From Paramoeba atlantica (taxonomy: Eukaryota; Protista; Discosea), in the NCBI GenBank assembly GCA_977017575.1, contig CDRNVI010000056.1, forward strand, positions 124,001 to 188,000: DNA of 64,000 bases. The letters run 5' to 3'. The translations under genes and the position numbers were made by a program. Numbering within the stretch: position 1 is the stretch's first letter; the number at the start of each line of letters is the position of its first letter. A model generated the notes under the pieces. It ran no database searches. It was not told the DNA's origin and saw nothing but the letters and a program-made list of their open reading frames with translations. Of this stretch, positions 22,690 to 35,258 are shown piece after piece.

Positions 22690-23199
22690 ACTTGAATTTT
22701 AGTACTTTCGTCGGAACTCTGATTTCATTAATTAACGAACAGGCTTAGTTGTGAAAAACTCGTAGTGAAAATCGGCGAACTCTGAAGGAGAAGTGTCTCC
22801 TATAAGGTAAGTTCTTTGAGGCTCAATTTCAGGTTTACGAATAATGTACAAGCAGGTTGTTATCAGTACAGAAAAATATTTTAAGAAACTATTTATCGTA
22901 GTTTCTAGAAAATTGAGATGTAGATATTCATTTTCCATATTTCGAACGAGAATTTTGAAAACAGTCAGTCACATTCAAATGGGAGAAGGTTTGCGCGTGG
23001 CCAAGTTTCGCGCGGTTTCAGAATGGTTCTCAATAGCTACAGTATGTGTATAAACTCCAGTTTCTGTTTTCTAAAGGCTTTTAATTTTATAAACAATTGT
23101 ATAGAAAAAAAATATAATCTTATAAAAATCAAATCGAGTTCTAATAAAGTAGCTTTGGTTTCACAGCACTCCGCTTTTTTGTGATTTTCCGCTTTACTC

Positions 23200-23847
23200 A
23201 TGTTTCCCATCGGTGTCTTCACTGGTGTGTTACGTGCCTCGGATGTGCCAGCTACGCGTCCATCTCGTCCATCAAAAGTGACTTCCGTTGCGCTACCCGA
23301 GGAATACGATTTAGCAAGACTTGTTGAAAAAATCGAAAAAATCCACTCAAGCTGGAACATCGACACCCCTGCGTGTGAGTGGGACGGCATTGAGTGTTAC
23401 CCCTTCGAAAAATACGTGGAACAAATTCGTTGGGGTGCCCGTTGCTTAAAAGGGGAATTGATTTGGAGATATCTCCCATCGCGTGTAGCCACGGTACATG
23501 CATGGCGTACCAGGCTCCATGGTGAGGTTCCCTTCGAAGCGTTGCCCTCCACCACTACACACTTTTGGGTTTCGGATAACGAGTTAAGTGGTCATCTAAA
23601 TCTTGCGCGTCTTCCGTGCTCGATGGAATATTTGAACATGGAAGAGAACAGTTTTTCGGGAACTGTTGACCTGTCGAGACTTCCATCCACTCTGAACGAG
23701 TTGCTGTTATCGAGAAACGGTGATCTCAACGGTGTGTTGAATGCGAGATTATACTCCGATCTCTACTATGATGTTCGACGCACACAGATTACGGTGTTGA
23801 ACGGGGAGCCTTGGGGATATACCAACCTCTGCCTGGACGAGGAGTGA
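23200..23847 (+). CDS. Short LRR-only protein (paralog 11)
   Basis: 215 aa; RPSKVTSVALPEEYDL, CEWDGIEC cap, about 4 LRRs. Confidence 0.9.
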   Translation: MFPIGVFTGVLRASDVPATRPSRPSKVTSVALPEEYDLARLVEKIEKIHSSWNIDTPACEWDGIECYPFEKYVEQIRWGARCLKGELIWRYLPSRVATVHAWRTRLHGEVPFEALPSTTTHFWVSDNELSGHLNLARLPCSMEYLNMEENSFSGTVDLSRLPSTLNELLLSRNGDLNGVLNARLYSDLYYDVRRTQITVLNGEPWGYTNLCLDEE

Positions 23848-24458
23848 AGAGTTTTCCTCTTGTCACAGATGCATGGATATAGAGACTCGAGAATGGGAGG
23901 TAAAGATTTGTTTTTTTATTGTTTTGGAAGAGCTCATTATAATCTTTTTTTCAATTGATTTTCAATCTTTTTATTGACTTGAGAATAGCCTTTGGTTTTC
24001 GAAAATGGGTTTCGTTGTTGTCCCTTCCCCCGTTTGACCGCACTTTCGTGAAAAGTGCGCTTAAACCCGAATATCGACATAAACAGAAGAGTTACATTAC
24101 TATACCCCCCGCTACTCAGGCGCAACCGTTTTACCTGCCCACTTACGCGCAATTTTGACGCATTGTTCAGAAGAACTGTATCAGTATATTTTTTTGTGGT
24201 AAGAGTTTTTGTACTAATTTTCACCTCTGTTGAAACTCTGCTGCAATGGAGAGTCTGCAAGTACACCCCTGCTAATATATTTTTATAAGTGGGTCATTTT
24301 TCGACTTTTATTAAAATATAAGATTTATAAAAAAATATTTCCTTGTATAATTTATAAAAAAAATTGAAAGTTGTATACCGTTTTTGAACACGAAGATGAG
24401 CGCAACGATACAGAATTTTTTGAAGTAGACCCCAGTGTGGATGTGCAGTCCTCGCCCA

Positions 24459-24621
24459 GTCCTTTAGTTTGCTAACCCTTTTTGTATACATTGAAATGGG
24501 ATTAGCTTACTAATATTAGATAGAGCAAGTGCATGAAGTCCTTTAGTTTGTCCTTCAGTTGGTTTTTGGTCTACATTGAATTGGGCTTAGCTTAATAATA
24601 TTAGATAGATCAAGTACATGA
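24459..24621. repeat. Imperfect tandem duplication of about 80 bp
   Basis: gtcctttagtttg...acattgaa.tggg.ttagctta.taatattagataga.caagt.catga occurs twice. Confidence 0.7.
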
Positions 24622-25347
24622 CGTGCGCTTATTATAATCTCTGCGTACTCCCCCAGTCAAAAATAAAGGAAATGAAAAATCCAGAAAAGGAAACTTCTTT
24701 TTCTCATTTTCATTTTGATTTTTTATTTTCCTTTATTATCGTTCTATAAATGTTGGTAGTTTATAGGTTTCTTAGTTTTTGCCCGACTCGTTCGACTTTA
24801 TGCCGTAGGTATGTCGTTCACTGATTGACATACATTGTATGCGGAAACGTACTTTTCCAACTGGATTGGATTCCAACGTTCTTTGCGACTCTGTGCTTCA
24901 CGGGCCGAAATTTCTTTATCCCCAGCTATGGTATAATGTGTTATTGCTTAGCGTCCACCTTCACACTCGATCGGGCGACTTTTCGGGGGCGCCACAATGC
25001 GAATTAAAGTAAGAAATTTTGAAGAATGTGTACTTAAGTGACCGATAAACATGATGAAAGGACAAAAAAAAGAAAAAGGAAAATATCAATCAAAATCCAT
25101 TTTCCTTTATTTTTGGCCAGGGGAGTATACGTTTCTGTAAGATCAGCTTTCTTCGAAAGCTTTTTACACCCTCAAAATAGGAAAGCAAGGTCGGGACCTC
25201 CTCGCGGTCTTCCCTGGCACTGTATTTCTCAGTCAACACAGTCTGCAAGATCTTCCACTCCACATTTGTGCTGCTATCTCACGGATAGTAGGGATGTCAA
25301 CCGATACCACCGCTAATTGATTTTTATAAATTATAAATCCAGGGCCG

Positions 25348-26559
25348 TTATACTGTACCCGTTGTAGTAGCATAAGCTGCGCATTTGTATCGACTAGGTA
25401 CGACTTCGCCGCAAGACTCCTTGAAAAATGTGCGGCGAAGCGAATACAACGTACGATGAGTTTTGTGCTGCGCCATGACGGTCGCGAAAAGATCTTGAGC
25501 TTTATCGAAATGTTCCCAATTCTTCAAAGAATTTTGCGCGTACACTACACTTTTTATTTCCTGATCAACAAAAGTATTTGTTTTGCGTAAGAGTACACTG
25601 CACGTTCCACTATTTAACGACAACATGTGACACAAATCGGCTTGAGAGAAAAAACCCGTGGAATGTAAAACTTTTAGTGTAAAAACGCCAGTCTTTGTGA
25701 GTCTACCCTTTCCCTTCCATATGACGGGTAATCCCAACTGATTAAAATTTCTTTTCTTCCACGGCCTTCCGCTTTTTGGGTTCACTGCTTTCCTGGCTTC
25801 CTGGCTTCTTTGCTCTAAGATGCGGGGAAGCTGCTGTTTTAGAGATTGCAACACCTTGATCGTGTCCAATTGATTTCTCACCATTGCTTCCCTACTGGCC
25901 GTAGATATTTCTAATTTCTGCTTCAGCTCGTTGCACTCCCGCATAGCTATGTCGTATCTGACACTCATGATCTTCGCTTCTTCTTTCGATTTTTTCAAGT
26001 CGTCATGAAGCTGGGAGCACTTGGAAGCAAGACGTTTGTTGTGGGACTTTTGTTTTTGAAGTGCTTTGCGCAATTTTTTTGTTGTGCGGATGGAAGTGTC
26101 AAGCTTCTGCCGCAATGTATTGAGCTCCGCAATTGACACATCACAGGAAATCAAAGGAGTTTCCTGAACGGAGGGCGCTTCAAAAATATGATTTCCCGAG
26201 GGGGGTCTTGTATGGTCCGGAGGAGCAACCAGAGAGAAAGCAATGCATGACTCCTTGAGTTCTGAAACCGTTTTGACCAATTCATGTTCGAAAGGCAAAT
26301 CTTCCTGGATAGGTGTTTCTTTGGGAGAGTCTGCATGGGTAGAATTTGTATCTGTATTAGGAATTTCCGCGCAGGAGCGCAGATTCGTAACATAATCCAT
26401 AAAATCCCTAGATTCCGTGTCACTCGGTGTTGAATCATCACTGTACAAGTCCTCAGAATTCCAATCAGGATCATTGCCCTCGGTAAATATTGTGCACGTG
26501 TAACTGTCGCTAGATGTACAGTCTTCATTGCTTTGTTGAGATTCAGGAGGAGAAACCAC
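25348..26559 (-). CDS. 403-aa protein of unknown function: acidic N-terminus, coiled coil, possible HTH; perhaps a transposase N-terminal part
   Basis: Long open frame. Heptad-like region ELNTLRQKLD...ELKQKLE; FSQADLCHMLSLNSGTCSVLLRK; ends near VVPSRYKC. Confidence 0.55.
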   Translation of the reverse strand: MVSPPESQQSNEDCTSSDSYTCTIFTEGNDPDWNSEDLYSDDSTPSDTESRDFMDYVTNLRSCAEIPNTDTNSTHADSPKETPIQEDLPFEHELVKTVSELKESCIAFSLVAPPDHTRPPSGNHIFEAPSVQETPLISCDVSIAELNTLRQKLDTSIRTTKKLRKALQKQKSHNKRLASKCSQLHDDLKKSKEEAKIMSVRYDIAMRECNELKQKLEISTASREAMVRNQLDTIKVLQSLKQQLPRILEQRSQEARKAVNPKSGRPWKKRNFNQLGLPVIWKGKGRLTKTGVFTLKVLHSTGFFSQADLCHMLSLNSGTCSVLLRKTNTFVDQEIKSVVYAQNSLKNWEHFDKAQDLFATVMAQHKTHRTLYSLRRTFFKESCGEVVPSRYKCAAYATTTGTV

Positions 26560-26819
26560 TTCGGATTCTGAGTCGTAAAAGTTTTCGATAGTTAAAGTAG
26601 AAAAGAAATTTTTAAGTCGTCTAAAATTTTTTTTGGTCGTCCTAAGAAAACGAGGAAAAAATGATGAAAAAAAATGCAGGGGTCGGAAAACTACGAATAA
26701 AAGGTTTTAATAGTTCATTCAGCTTCTCTATGTATATCTGAATACTTTGCAAAAAAGATCAATCAAAAAGTAGTCACGTAGCTCGTAAAATCTTTCCTCT
26801 GTGAATCTCGAACGGCCCT

Positions 26820-26975
26820 GTATAAATATAAATTTATAATAATAAAATATAAGAATAATAAAAATTGTAATAAAATTAATAATTTATTATAATAATAATA
26901 TTATAATAAATTATAATAAAAATAATAATATAATTTATAAATTTAAATGCAAAAAGTTTATAATTTATATTTTTA
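26820..26975. repeat. Extremely AT-rich low-complexity tract
   Basis: About 155 nt of almost only A/T (tataataataat...). Confidence 0.8.
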
Positions 26976-27242
26976 AAGAATAATTAGCCGGGGTGTAGTC
27001 CCTTTGGGCGTTCAAAAATGATCTCCAGCATCTGCCCCTGTGCGGTTAACCTGGGGGGAAGTACGCGTGTGAAGTAGAACGCCGGAGTTTTCGAATTCGA
27101 CAATTTTCTGGAACGAGCTGTACTGTAGCTACAGCTTCTAGTAAGGACATATACGTATGCATCTACAATACATATAGCCAACGCATAACTCTACTTGCCC
27201 TCTCCAATTTGACTTTTTCCACCGAGCTTCTCCATCAAAACG

Positions 27243-28163
27243 ATGCAGCACAGTCTTGTTTTTTCTTTTTTCTTCATTTTTATGTTTCTCACTCCACTTT
27301 CCATTGTTTCTTCTGTGACGCATGACGAGGGACGGTCTGCGAAACGTCGAAAGCGAAATGAGGGCATTTCTCCCGTGAGAGAGGAAGCAATGCCACATAA
27401 AGCCATAAAGGCGCATAAAGTACGAGGCGCCCAATTACCCCAGGAATATGAACTTGCACAATTTGTTCAAGATCTGAAGTATCCCCATCGCACATGGAAT
27501 TCCTCCGTACCTGCGTGTGAGTGGATAGGTGTCACCTGTGATGAGGAGCTACGCGTCACCGATATTGAGTGGTGGTTTATGGGCCTCAAGGGACCTCTTC
27601 AGTGGGACTACTTATGCCACACCGTACGCGATTTTAGTGCGCGGGGGAGTAAAATTCAGGGAAGCGTACCACTCGATGTGTTGCCATCTGAAATGACTAA
27701 GTTCTTGATCATTAATAATGGATTCTCAGGAGAATTGGATTTTTTGCATTTGCCTCACGCGATCAACGGACTGTATCTGAACGATAACAAGTTTCAAGGA
27801 TGTGTGGATCTGACACACTTGCCTGCAACTTTAAGAGTTTTGAAGGTGTATTTGAATCAGCTTTCAGGGGAAGTTGATCTTACTCGTTTGCCGCAACGTA
27901 TGGAAGAGTTGATTCTCACGGCTAATCGTTTCACGGGATCGCTAAACTTACAGCATTTACCTCCGTCACTCAAGATTCTCGAATGCAATCAGAATCTATT
28001 CGTTGGTCTTGTGATGTTTAACCGTCTTCCCATAAACCTACTAAAGCTTGATTTAAGTGAAAACACGGGGCTTTGCGGGGAACTAGACAGAGCTGTTCTC
28101 CCCGCGAACAGCACCGATGTTTCCGTTAGAGATACGGAAATCACCTTGAAGTCCTTAACCTAG
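27243..28163 (+). CDS. LRR-only protein (paralog 12) with KRRKR motif
   Basis: 306 aa; GRSAKRRKRNE, HKVRGAQLPQEYEL, CEWIGVTC cap. Confidence 0.93.
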   Translation: MQHSLVFSFFFIFMFLTPLSIVSSVTHDEGRSAKRRKRNEGISPVREEAMPHKAIKAHKVRGAQLPQEYELAQFVQDLKYPHRTWNSSVPACEWIGVTCDEELRVTDIEWWFMGLKGPLQWDYLCHTVRDFSARGSKIQGSVPLDVLPSEMTKFLIINNGFSGELDFLHLPHAINGLYLNDNKFQGCVDLTHLPATLRVLKVYLNQLSGEVDLTRLPQRMEELILTANRFTGSLNLQHLPPSLKILECNQNLFVGLVMFNRLPINLLKLDLSENTGLCGELDRAVLPANSTDVSVRDTEITLKSLT

Positions 28164-28534
28164 CCTCTACTGTATAATAGAATACCTTACTGTTTCGTAG
28201 AGAAAGTGTCCAAAGCGAATAATGGTGAGTAGGGTTTCTTCAGGATTTAAAACCTCTTCTGCCATTACCCAGCATTCTTTTATGTAAAGAAAGCTCTTTG
28301 TTTCGCCCTTACAAGCGCATATTAGGTACTAATTTTTGATTAACGTTTCTAAATTATTAAATCTCTATTTGTGAATTAAATTTATTTCGGTGTACGTGTG
28401 AAAACTTTACATACTTTGCACGTTGTATATATTATAAAGTCGAATAAGTATTTTAGTCCTCCGGAGAATCGTTTTTATGGAATATACAGCAGAGTAGAAA
28501 AAGAGGTATTTTAAAAAAGTCTACTTTTTGTGTA

Positions 28535-29359
28535 ATGCTCACTGTTTACAACATTGACGACGGCTCCGATCTGCGACGAGGGAAAGTCGCCTCACTGTTG
28601 CTTCCCCAGGAAGATTTGCTGGAGCGTTTGGTAGCGCTCATCCATAACAAGCCTAAGTGTTGGAGAACGACGAAGAAAGGGTGGTTTGGTCGAGTGAAGA
28701 AGGTATCCGTGTGCACATGGGAAGGGGTAGTTTGTGATGAAGCCCAAACGATCACCCGGCTCTTATGGACGAGCACCTATGGCTTTTACCTGCGTGGAGC
28801 ACTATCATGGCCCTACCTTCCTAAAAGCCTTCATCATGTGAACGTAGTGCGTCAACCGGGCCTTCAGGGGGACATTACAGAGATTCAGTACCCGTCCAAT
28901 TTGATTTCCCTCACGGCCGGGCACAGCTCTTTTTCCGGGACGCTGGATCTCATGCACTTGCCGCCTACGCTACTGGAGATGAAATTACAAAAAAATCATA
29001 TTCACGGGGGGCTTGACTTCAGTGCTCTGCCTCTCACACTTCGCGTGCTCCTATTGCATGGAAATCGATTTACCGGATCGGTACAACTCGATAATCTTCC
29101 CGGAACTCTGCAGCGGTTACAACTCGATCATAATCTTCTTGAAGGGGAACTGGATTTAAAAAATTTGTTGGAATCGAAAAACCAAAACTTTGATCTTGAT
29201 GTGCGATACAACCAATTTTCGTCATACGCGCCGAATGTGACATTGCCGGGGAATGTGAGGTATTTACCTCAACGAATGCAGGAGACAAGTGACGACAGTT
29301 CAAGTAGAAGTTCATCATATTCCCTCTCGGACTCCATGACAGATTTACATAGTTACTGA
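28535..29359 (+). CDS. LRR-only protein (paralog 13), DDGSD subfamily, Ser-rich tail
   Basis: 274 aa; DDGSDLRRGKVASLLLPQEDLL, WRTTKKGWFGRVKKVSVCTWEGVVC. Confidence 0.9.
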   Translation: MLTVYNIDDGSDLRRGKVASLLLPQEDLLERLVALIHNKPKCWRTTKKGWFGRVKKVSVCTWEGVVCDEAQTITRLLWTSTYGFYLRGALSWPYLPKSLHHVNVVRQPGLQGDITEIQYPSNLISLTAGHSSFSGTLDLMHLPPTLLEMKLQKNHIHGGLDFSALPLTLRVLLLHGNRFTGSVQLDNLPGTLQRLQLDHNLLEGELDLKNLLESKNQNFDLDVRYNQFSSYAPNVTLPGNVRYLPQRMQETSDDSSSRSSSYSLSDSMTDLHSY

Positions 29360-29705
29360 GATTACTACTAGTTAGCGACGTTTCCTTTTGGAACCCTTGG
29401 ATGTGCGGGTTTCTGAGACCCTTAGGTATGAAAAACGAAAACATTTCAGAAGAAGCCAACAAAAACATTTGCCTGCTGCATTTTCCCCCAAAAAAGCAAT
29501 CCACTCGTTGAGAAAAATTTTACTTTCTTTACTGGGTGGTGTACGGTAATTTAGCCTTAGCAATTTCCTTTTATTGAAGTACACTGATGTAACTGATGTA
29601 TACTTTTGTTTTCTCATTTTACGTGGGTTTTTCGCTCCGTTCTTCTCATTTGCATTGTTTTCCCATTGTAAAAAATGGGAAATTATTTACATATTTATAA
29701 ACCTA

Positions 29706-30375
29706 AACCGGGGTGCATATTATTATCAAAGTGTGATGGGCTTATCACACTTTGATAGCGCTATCAAACTGTGATAATAATGTGCAAGACGCCCAATTGT
29801 GATAAAAATGTGCAAGCAGGTTATTATCACAATTGAAAAATGAAGTACCAAAACTTTTTTTCGTAATCAACAGAAAACTCCGACGTAGATATTCGTTTTC
29901 CGTACTTCGAACGAAGCGCCCCATAGGTTCTACTGTGTAATCCAATTTGTTTGACCAAAATCTCTTTTCGAAGAAGCGCTTGATAATTCCTGAGAATTCT
30001 TTCTATTGTTCAAGATCTCTCTTAAAATCGAAACGGTCGGTGCTCTCTCGAGGTTTTTCACCAAGAAACATTCTTTGTCTTCTTCAACCGACAAGGCATA
30101 TCATGCACCACATTTCTTTTGAATCAAATGCAATCTGCAACGTACATTGTATGACTCGGTAAGGTCATTCTTTCCATGAAGCTCCTTGAGAAACCCAATT
30201 GTGATAATAATGTGAAATGTGATAATAATCCGCAATTGTGATAATAATGTGCCAATTGTGATAATAATCCGCAATTGTGATAATAATGTGCCAATTGTGA
30301 TAATAATCCGCAATTGTGATAATAATACGAAATGTGATAATAATCCGAACTTTGATATTAATCCGCCCCCTGGTT
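29706..30375. mobile_element. MITE of about 670 bp with TA flanks and arrays of TGTGATAATAAT subterminal repeats
   Basis: TA|AACCGGGGTGCATATTATTATCAAAGT ... ACTTTGATATTAATCCGCCCCCTGGTT|TA. About 9 units with a 19/20-bp period at 30195-30345. Confidence 0.75.
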
Positions 30376-30949
30376 TACATACTTGTATACTACCCCTGTG
30401 TGTACGGGGGGATATGAGTACGAAAACTACTCAAACGACAAAGATATCGTTTCTGTAAAGTTGCTTTCTCCGAAAGCCTTTGACCACCTCAAAATGGGGC
30501 AGCAAAGTCAGGACATCCTCGCGTACTTCCCTGGCACTGCCATCTCATTGACAGCACACATTTGAACGTCATTGGTTTAAAAAGCCAAAAGGTGGACAAA
30601 GAATATTTCGTACTCTCTGTAAATTGCGTAAGTGGCTAACTTACACTCTCATTGTGTAAGTGACTAACTTAGCCCGGAAGATATTCGCATAATGCGAATA
30701 ATACTCGCAAATTTCGTCAAATAAAACGGGGCGAATTCGCTCGTTCTCCAAAACGTTCAGCAAATTCTTCATCTTTGCCTCCTGCGTGGCGATGCAGGAA
30801 CTGCAACTCCCTTGAAGGAAGTATAGTATGCTACCCTATATTATTTAGGGCCCGAAGTTATTATTGTCAATTTGGGACCCTACATTGAATATGACTCATA
30901 TGTGCACTGCCAGATGGAGCAAAGGTCGGATCAACCGCTTTATACCCAG

Positions 30950-31635
30950 ATTGGGTAGCCGGGTGTTCGAGGGTAATTCCTCTTGAAGTTTTTACGTAGT
31001 GCACCGCATCTGGGCGGGCGCCTACCGCCTCCCGCACAGTGGGCTTGACGTGTTGCTTTAACCAGGTTCAACGCTGAAACCGCTCTGTGCTAGACACTGG
31101 TGAAGAAGAGGAGCACATCGCGGATTTTCGCGAGTCCCGCTGGTGCCACGAAAAGCCCCTGTCATCTCTTTTGGGGCTCGGTCACTCTTTTGTTCTTCTG
31201 CTCCCGGGTTCGTGGACACCAGGACTTCTGGATTCGCGATTAATGTCGTTTCCTGGGTGCACAGTTTCCTGGATGCACAGAGAACCGGCTGGGAAACGAT
31301 GTGGCTCGATGGTTCACCGCTTTTAGCTCCGCGCATTAACTCCGCGAGCTGTGTCTCAATTTCTGGCTGTCGGGGCATTGGCTGTCGGGGCCAATGGGCA
31401 TCCCTGCCTTGTAAAAGAGAATGGCACCAGTGAGGACTTGAACGAGCTCACTACGGATGGTAAGCCCCATTCGCTTCATGGAGTATGGCTGAAGAAAATT
31501 TGAACGAGCGTCAGCATCTGCGTTGTTCCCAGGGACAAGCTCGGGAGTCATGACGAGTGATACACACCCCCTGTATGGAGATCTACAAAGTGTAGTATCA
31601 ACGTCCCCTGTCTCCTCATACGTCGCTTCATCCAA
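30950..31635 (-). pseudogene. Frameshifted member of an unassigned protein family related to 48933-50040 (repeated at 33660-34345 and 36369-37054)
   Basis: MKRMGLTIRSELVQVL, GTRENPRCAPLLHQCLAQSGFS and, after a frameshift, VREAVGARPDAVHY align with the 48933 ORF. Confidence 0.7.
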
Positions 31636-32549
31636 CGCTTTGTAGTGTCCTTATGACAACCCGCATCGCCCATCCTGATGGTCGGACTTTATGGTGACTG
31701 TTTCACCATTACGAACTCCATAATCCCTAAATTTTAAATGCAAACCTTTACAACCCCCACAGGCAAGCTTTATGCAGCTTGCATCATGCCTAAAAAGGAT
31801 AGAAAGCACTAGATCGTTGTGCTTTCATCTCAGCTGGCCGATTTGCTTGTAACGATTCGGCCTCTTCCACAAGCTACGCATCAAAGCACTTTTGCAGTTC
31901 AGGAAAGGATAAAGAAGAAGCAATGCCTTGATTTGGATATCATAGGAGAGTATGCAGTAGGTCTGTGTAAGTTCGTGTTGATCCGTCACGAGCTGTGTAG
32001 GTTCGTGGTAATCCGTGTAGATTTGCATAGGTTCGCGTAGTTTTTTTTTTGACATTTTTTTAGAAGGTTCAATGACTCGGCCTCTAGGATGATTGCATGT
32101 AGGCAAAGTTGACCGAATTAGTTAAATCACGTCACTTAAATGAAAAGTTGAATAACAGTTGAAAGAATAACAACTGAAGGAATAAACCCGCTTCGGCACA
32201 TGGTTTTACAATGGAGTTGAAAGGCTTTTTTCTGGTCTTTCCAACTTTCTTAACTTATTCAAAATAAATTGACGTAGTTCTCTAGGGAATCGTTTCATTA
32301 TTTTAGAACGGGGTGCATGTCTTCTTTTTCATGTCTTGTACATTGAATACTGTTGTATACATTCTTTGTTTCCAAAAACTCCTTTTTGGGAATCGTAAAC
32401 AAACGACTAAAATTTATATCCTTGTAAACACTGAACTAACAACTTTTTTCCCTATTTTTTTAAACAGCTCATGTTTTCAGCTCATGTTTAACGACTCGTT
32501 GAATCTTTCACAGCACAACCTTTGTACAATAGATTAAGCGACACGAAAG

Positions 32550-33275
32550 ATGGATGACGGCTCCGATATAAGTCTCGATCGGGTGAAATCAACGACTCGG
32601 GTTGCGTTACCTCAAGTTAATATGCTCGAAAAGCTAGTTTCCAACATTACTCAAAAGCATAAATCATGGCGTGCAACAAAAAAGAATATGTTTGGACAAC
32701 TCAAACGAGCATCTGCGTGTAAATGGAAAGGAGTGAGTTGTGATGCGGATCAGCACGTGACCCGAATCGAATGGAATTCCATGAAACTGGGGGGCACACT
32801 CCCGTTGGAGAACCTACCGTTTAAGATACAATATTGTGACGTTCATGGCAACACACTCACGGGGTCGGTTGCGCTGGAGGCGCTGCCCGCCCAGCTTGTC
32901 GATTTGAATTTAGCCTACAACGCTTTCTTTGGTGAGTTAAACTTTACCCAGTTGCCTCGTACACTGCGGGTACTGGAGTTGAATAACAACCAATTCGAGG
33001 GAAGCGTAGATCTTACAAAGTTCCCTCGAGTATTCAGATCTTTGCATCTTAACCATAATGGGCTTTCAGGGGCAGTTGATCTTTCTCATTTCCCCGATAA
33101 AATGCAAGAAATTTATTTGAGTCACAATTGTTTCACGGGACCTCTTCTGCTTCAACATTTGCCTCCGTCACTTTCCTATTTTTGTTGCCAATTTAATGCT
33201 TTCTCTGGTTTGGTTTCGTTCGACTGTCTCGCGTACTTCCCTGGCACTGCCATCTCATTGACAGCACACATTTGA
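32550..33275 (+). CDS. Truncated chimeric LRR (copy 1 of the triplicated gene)
   Basis: 241 aa; the LRR C-terminus is replaced at the junction by AYFPGTAISLTAHI*. Confidence 0.8.
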   Translation: MDDGSDISLDRVKSTTRVALPQVNMLEKLVSNITQKHKSWRATKKNMFGQLKRASACKWKGVSCDADQHVTRIEWNSMKLGGTLPLENLPFKIQYCDVHGNTLTGSVALEALPAQLVDLNLAYNAFFGELNFTQLPRTLRVLELNNNQFEGSVDLTKFPRVFRSLHLNHNGLSGAVDLSHFPDKMQEIYLSHNCFTGPLLLQHLPPSLSYFCCQFNAFSGLVSFDCLAYFPGTAISLTAHI

Positions 33276-35258
33276 ACGTCATTGGTTTAAAAAGCCAAAA
33301 GGTGGACAAAGAATATTTCGTACTCTCTGTAAATTGCGTAAGTGGCTAACTTACACTCTCATTGTGTAAGTGACTAACTTAGCCCGGAAGATATTCGCAT
33401 AATGCGAATAATACTCGCAAATTTCGTCAAATAAAACGGGGCGAATTCGCTCGTTCTCCAAAACGTTCAGCAAATTCTTCATCTTTGCCTCCTGCGTGGC
33501 GATGCAGGAACTGCAACTCCCTTGAAGGAAGTATAGTATGCTACCCTATATTATTTAGGGCCCGAAGTTATTATTGTCAATTTGGGACCCTACATTGAAT
33601 ATGACTCATATGTGCACTGCCAGATGGAGCAAAGGTCGGATCAACCGCTTTATACCCAGATTGGGTAGCCGGGTGTTCGAGGGTAATTCCTCTTGAAGTT
33701 TTTACGTAGTGCACCGCATCTGGGCGGGCGCCTACCGCCTCCCGCACAGTGGGCTTGACGTGTTGCTTTAACCAGGTTCAACGCTGAAACCGCTCTGTGC
33801 TAGACACTGGTGAAGAAGAGGAGCACATCGCGGATTTTCGCGAGTCCCGCTGGTGCCACGAAAAGCCCCTGTCATCTCTTTTGGGGCTCGGTCACTCTTT
33901 TGTTCTTCTGCTCCCGGGTTCGTGGACACCAGGACTTCTGGATTCGCGATTAATGTCGTTTCCTGGGTGCACAGTTTCCTGGATGCACAGAGAACCGGCT
34001 GGGAAACGATGTGGCTCGATGGTTCACCGCTTTTAGCTCCGCGCATTAACTCCGCGAGCTGTGTCTCAATTTCTGGCTGTCGGGGCATTGGCTGTCGGGG
34101 CCAATGGGCATCCCTGCCTTGTAAAAGAGAATGGCACCAGTGAGGACTTGAACGAGCTCACTACGGATGGTAAGCCCCATTCGCTTCATGGAGTATGGCT
34201 GAAGAAAATTTGAACGAGCGTCAGCATCTGCGTTGTTCCCAGGGACAAGCTCGGGAGTCATGACGAGTGATACACACCCCCTGTATGGAGATCTACAAAG
34301 TGTAGTATCAACGTCCCCTGTCTCCTCATACGTCGCTTCATCCAACGCTTTGTAGTGTCCTTATGACAACCCGCATCGCCCATCCTGATGGTCGGACTTT
34401 ATGGTGACTGTTTCACCATTACGAACTCCATAATCCCTAAATTTTAAATGCAAACCTTTACAACCCCCACAGGCAAGCTTTATGCAGCTTGCATCATGCC
34501 TAAAAAGGATAGAAAGCACTAGATCGTTGTGCTTTCATCTCAGCTGGCCGATTTGCTTGTAACGATTCGGCCTCTTCCACAAGCTACGCATCAAAGCACT
34601 TTTGCAGTTCAGGAAAGGATAAAGAAGAAGCAATGCCTTGATTTGGATATCATAGGAGAGTATGCAGTAGGTCTGTGTAAGTTCGTGTTGATCCGTCACG
34701 AGCTGTGTAGGTTCGTGGTAATCCGTGTAGATTTGCATAGGTTCGCGTAGTTTTTTTTTGACATTTTTTTAGAAGGTTCAATGACTCGGCCTCTAGGATG
34801 ATTGCATGTAGGCAAAGTTGACCGAATTAGTTAAATCACGTCACTTAAATGAAAAGTTGAATAACAGTTGAAAGAATAACAACTGAAGGAATAAACCCGC
34901 TTCGGCACATGGTTTTACAATGGAGTTGAAAGGCTTTTTTCTGGTCTTTCCAACTTTCTTAACTTATTCAAAATAAATTGACGTAGTTCTCTAGGGAATC
35001 GTTTCATTATTTTAGAACGGGGTGCATGTCTTCTTTTTCATGTCTTGTACATTGAATACTGTTGTATACATTCTTTGTTTCCAAAAACTCCTTTTTGGGA
35101 ATCGTAAACAAACGACTAAAATTTATATCCTTGTAAACACTGAACTAACAACTTTTTTCCCTATTTTTTTAAACAGCTCATGTTTTCAGCTCATGTTTAA
35201 CGACTCGTTGAATCTTTCACAGCACAACCTTTGTACAATAGATTAAGCGACACGAAAG

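Noticed and set aside
23937-24266. SSGGYSN...TFHES..RGKG resembles Sola/Zator-type transposase motifs
   Set aside because: The catalytic residues are not recognisable and no TIRs were found.
30195-30345. Regular short repeats resembling a CRISPR array
   Set aside because: The spacers are only 4-5 nt and themselves repeat; these are subterminal repeats of a MITE with TIRs.
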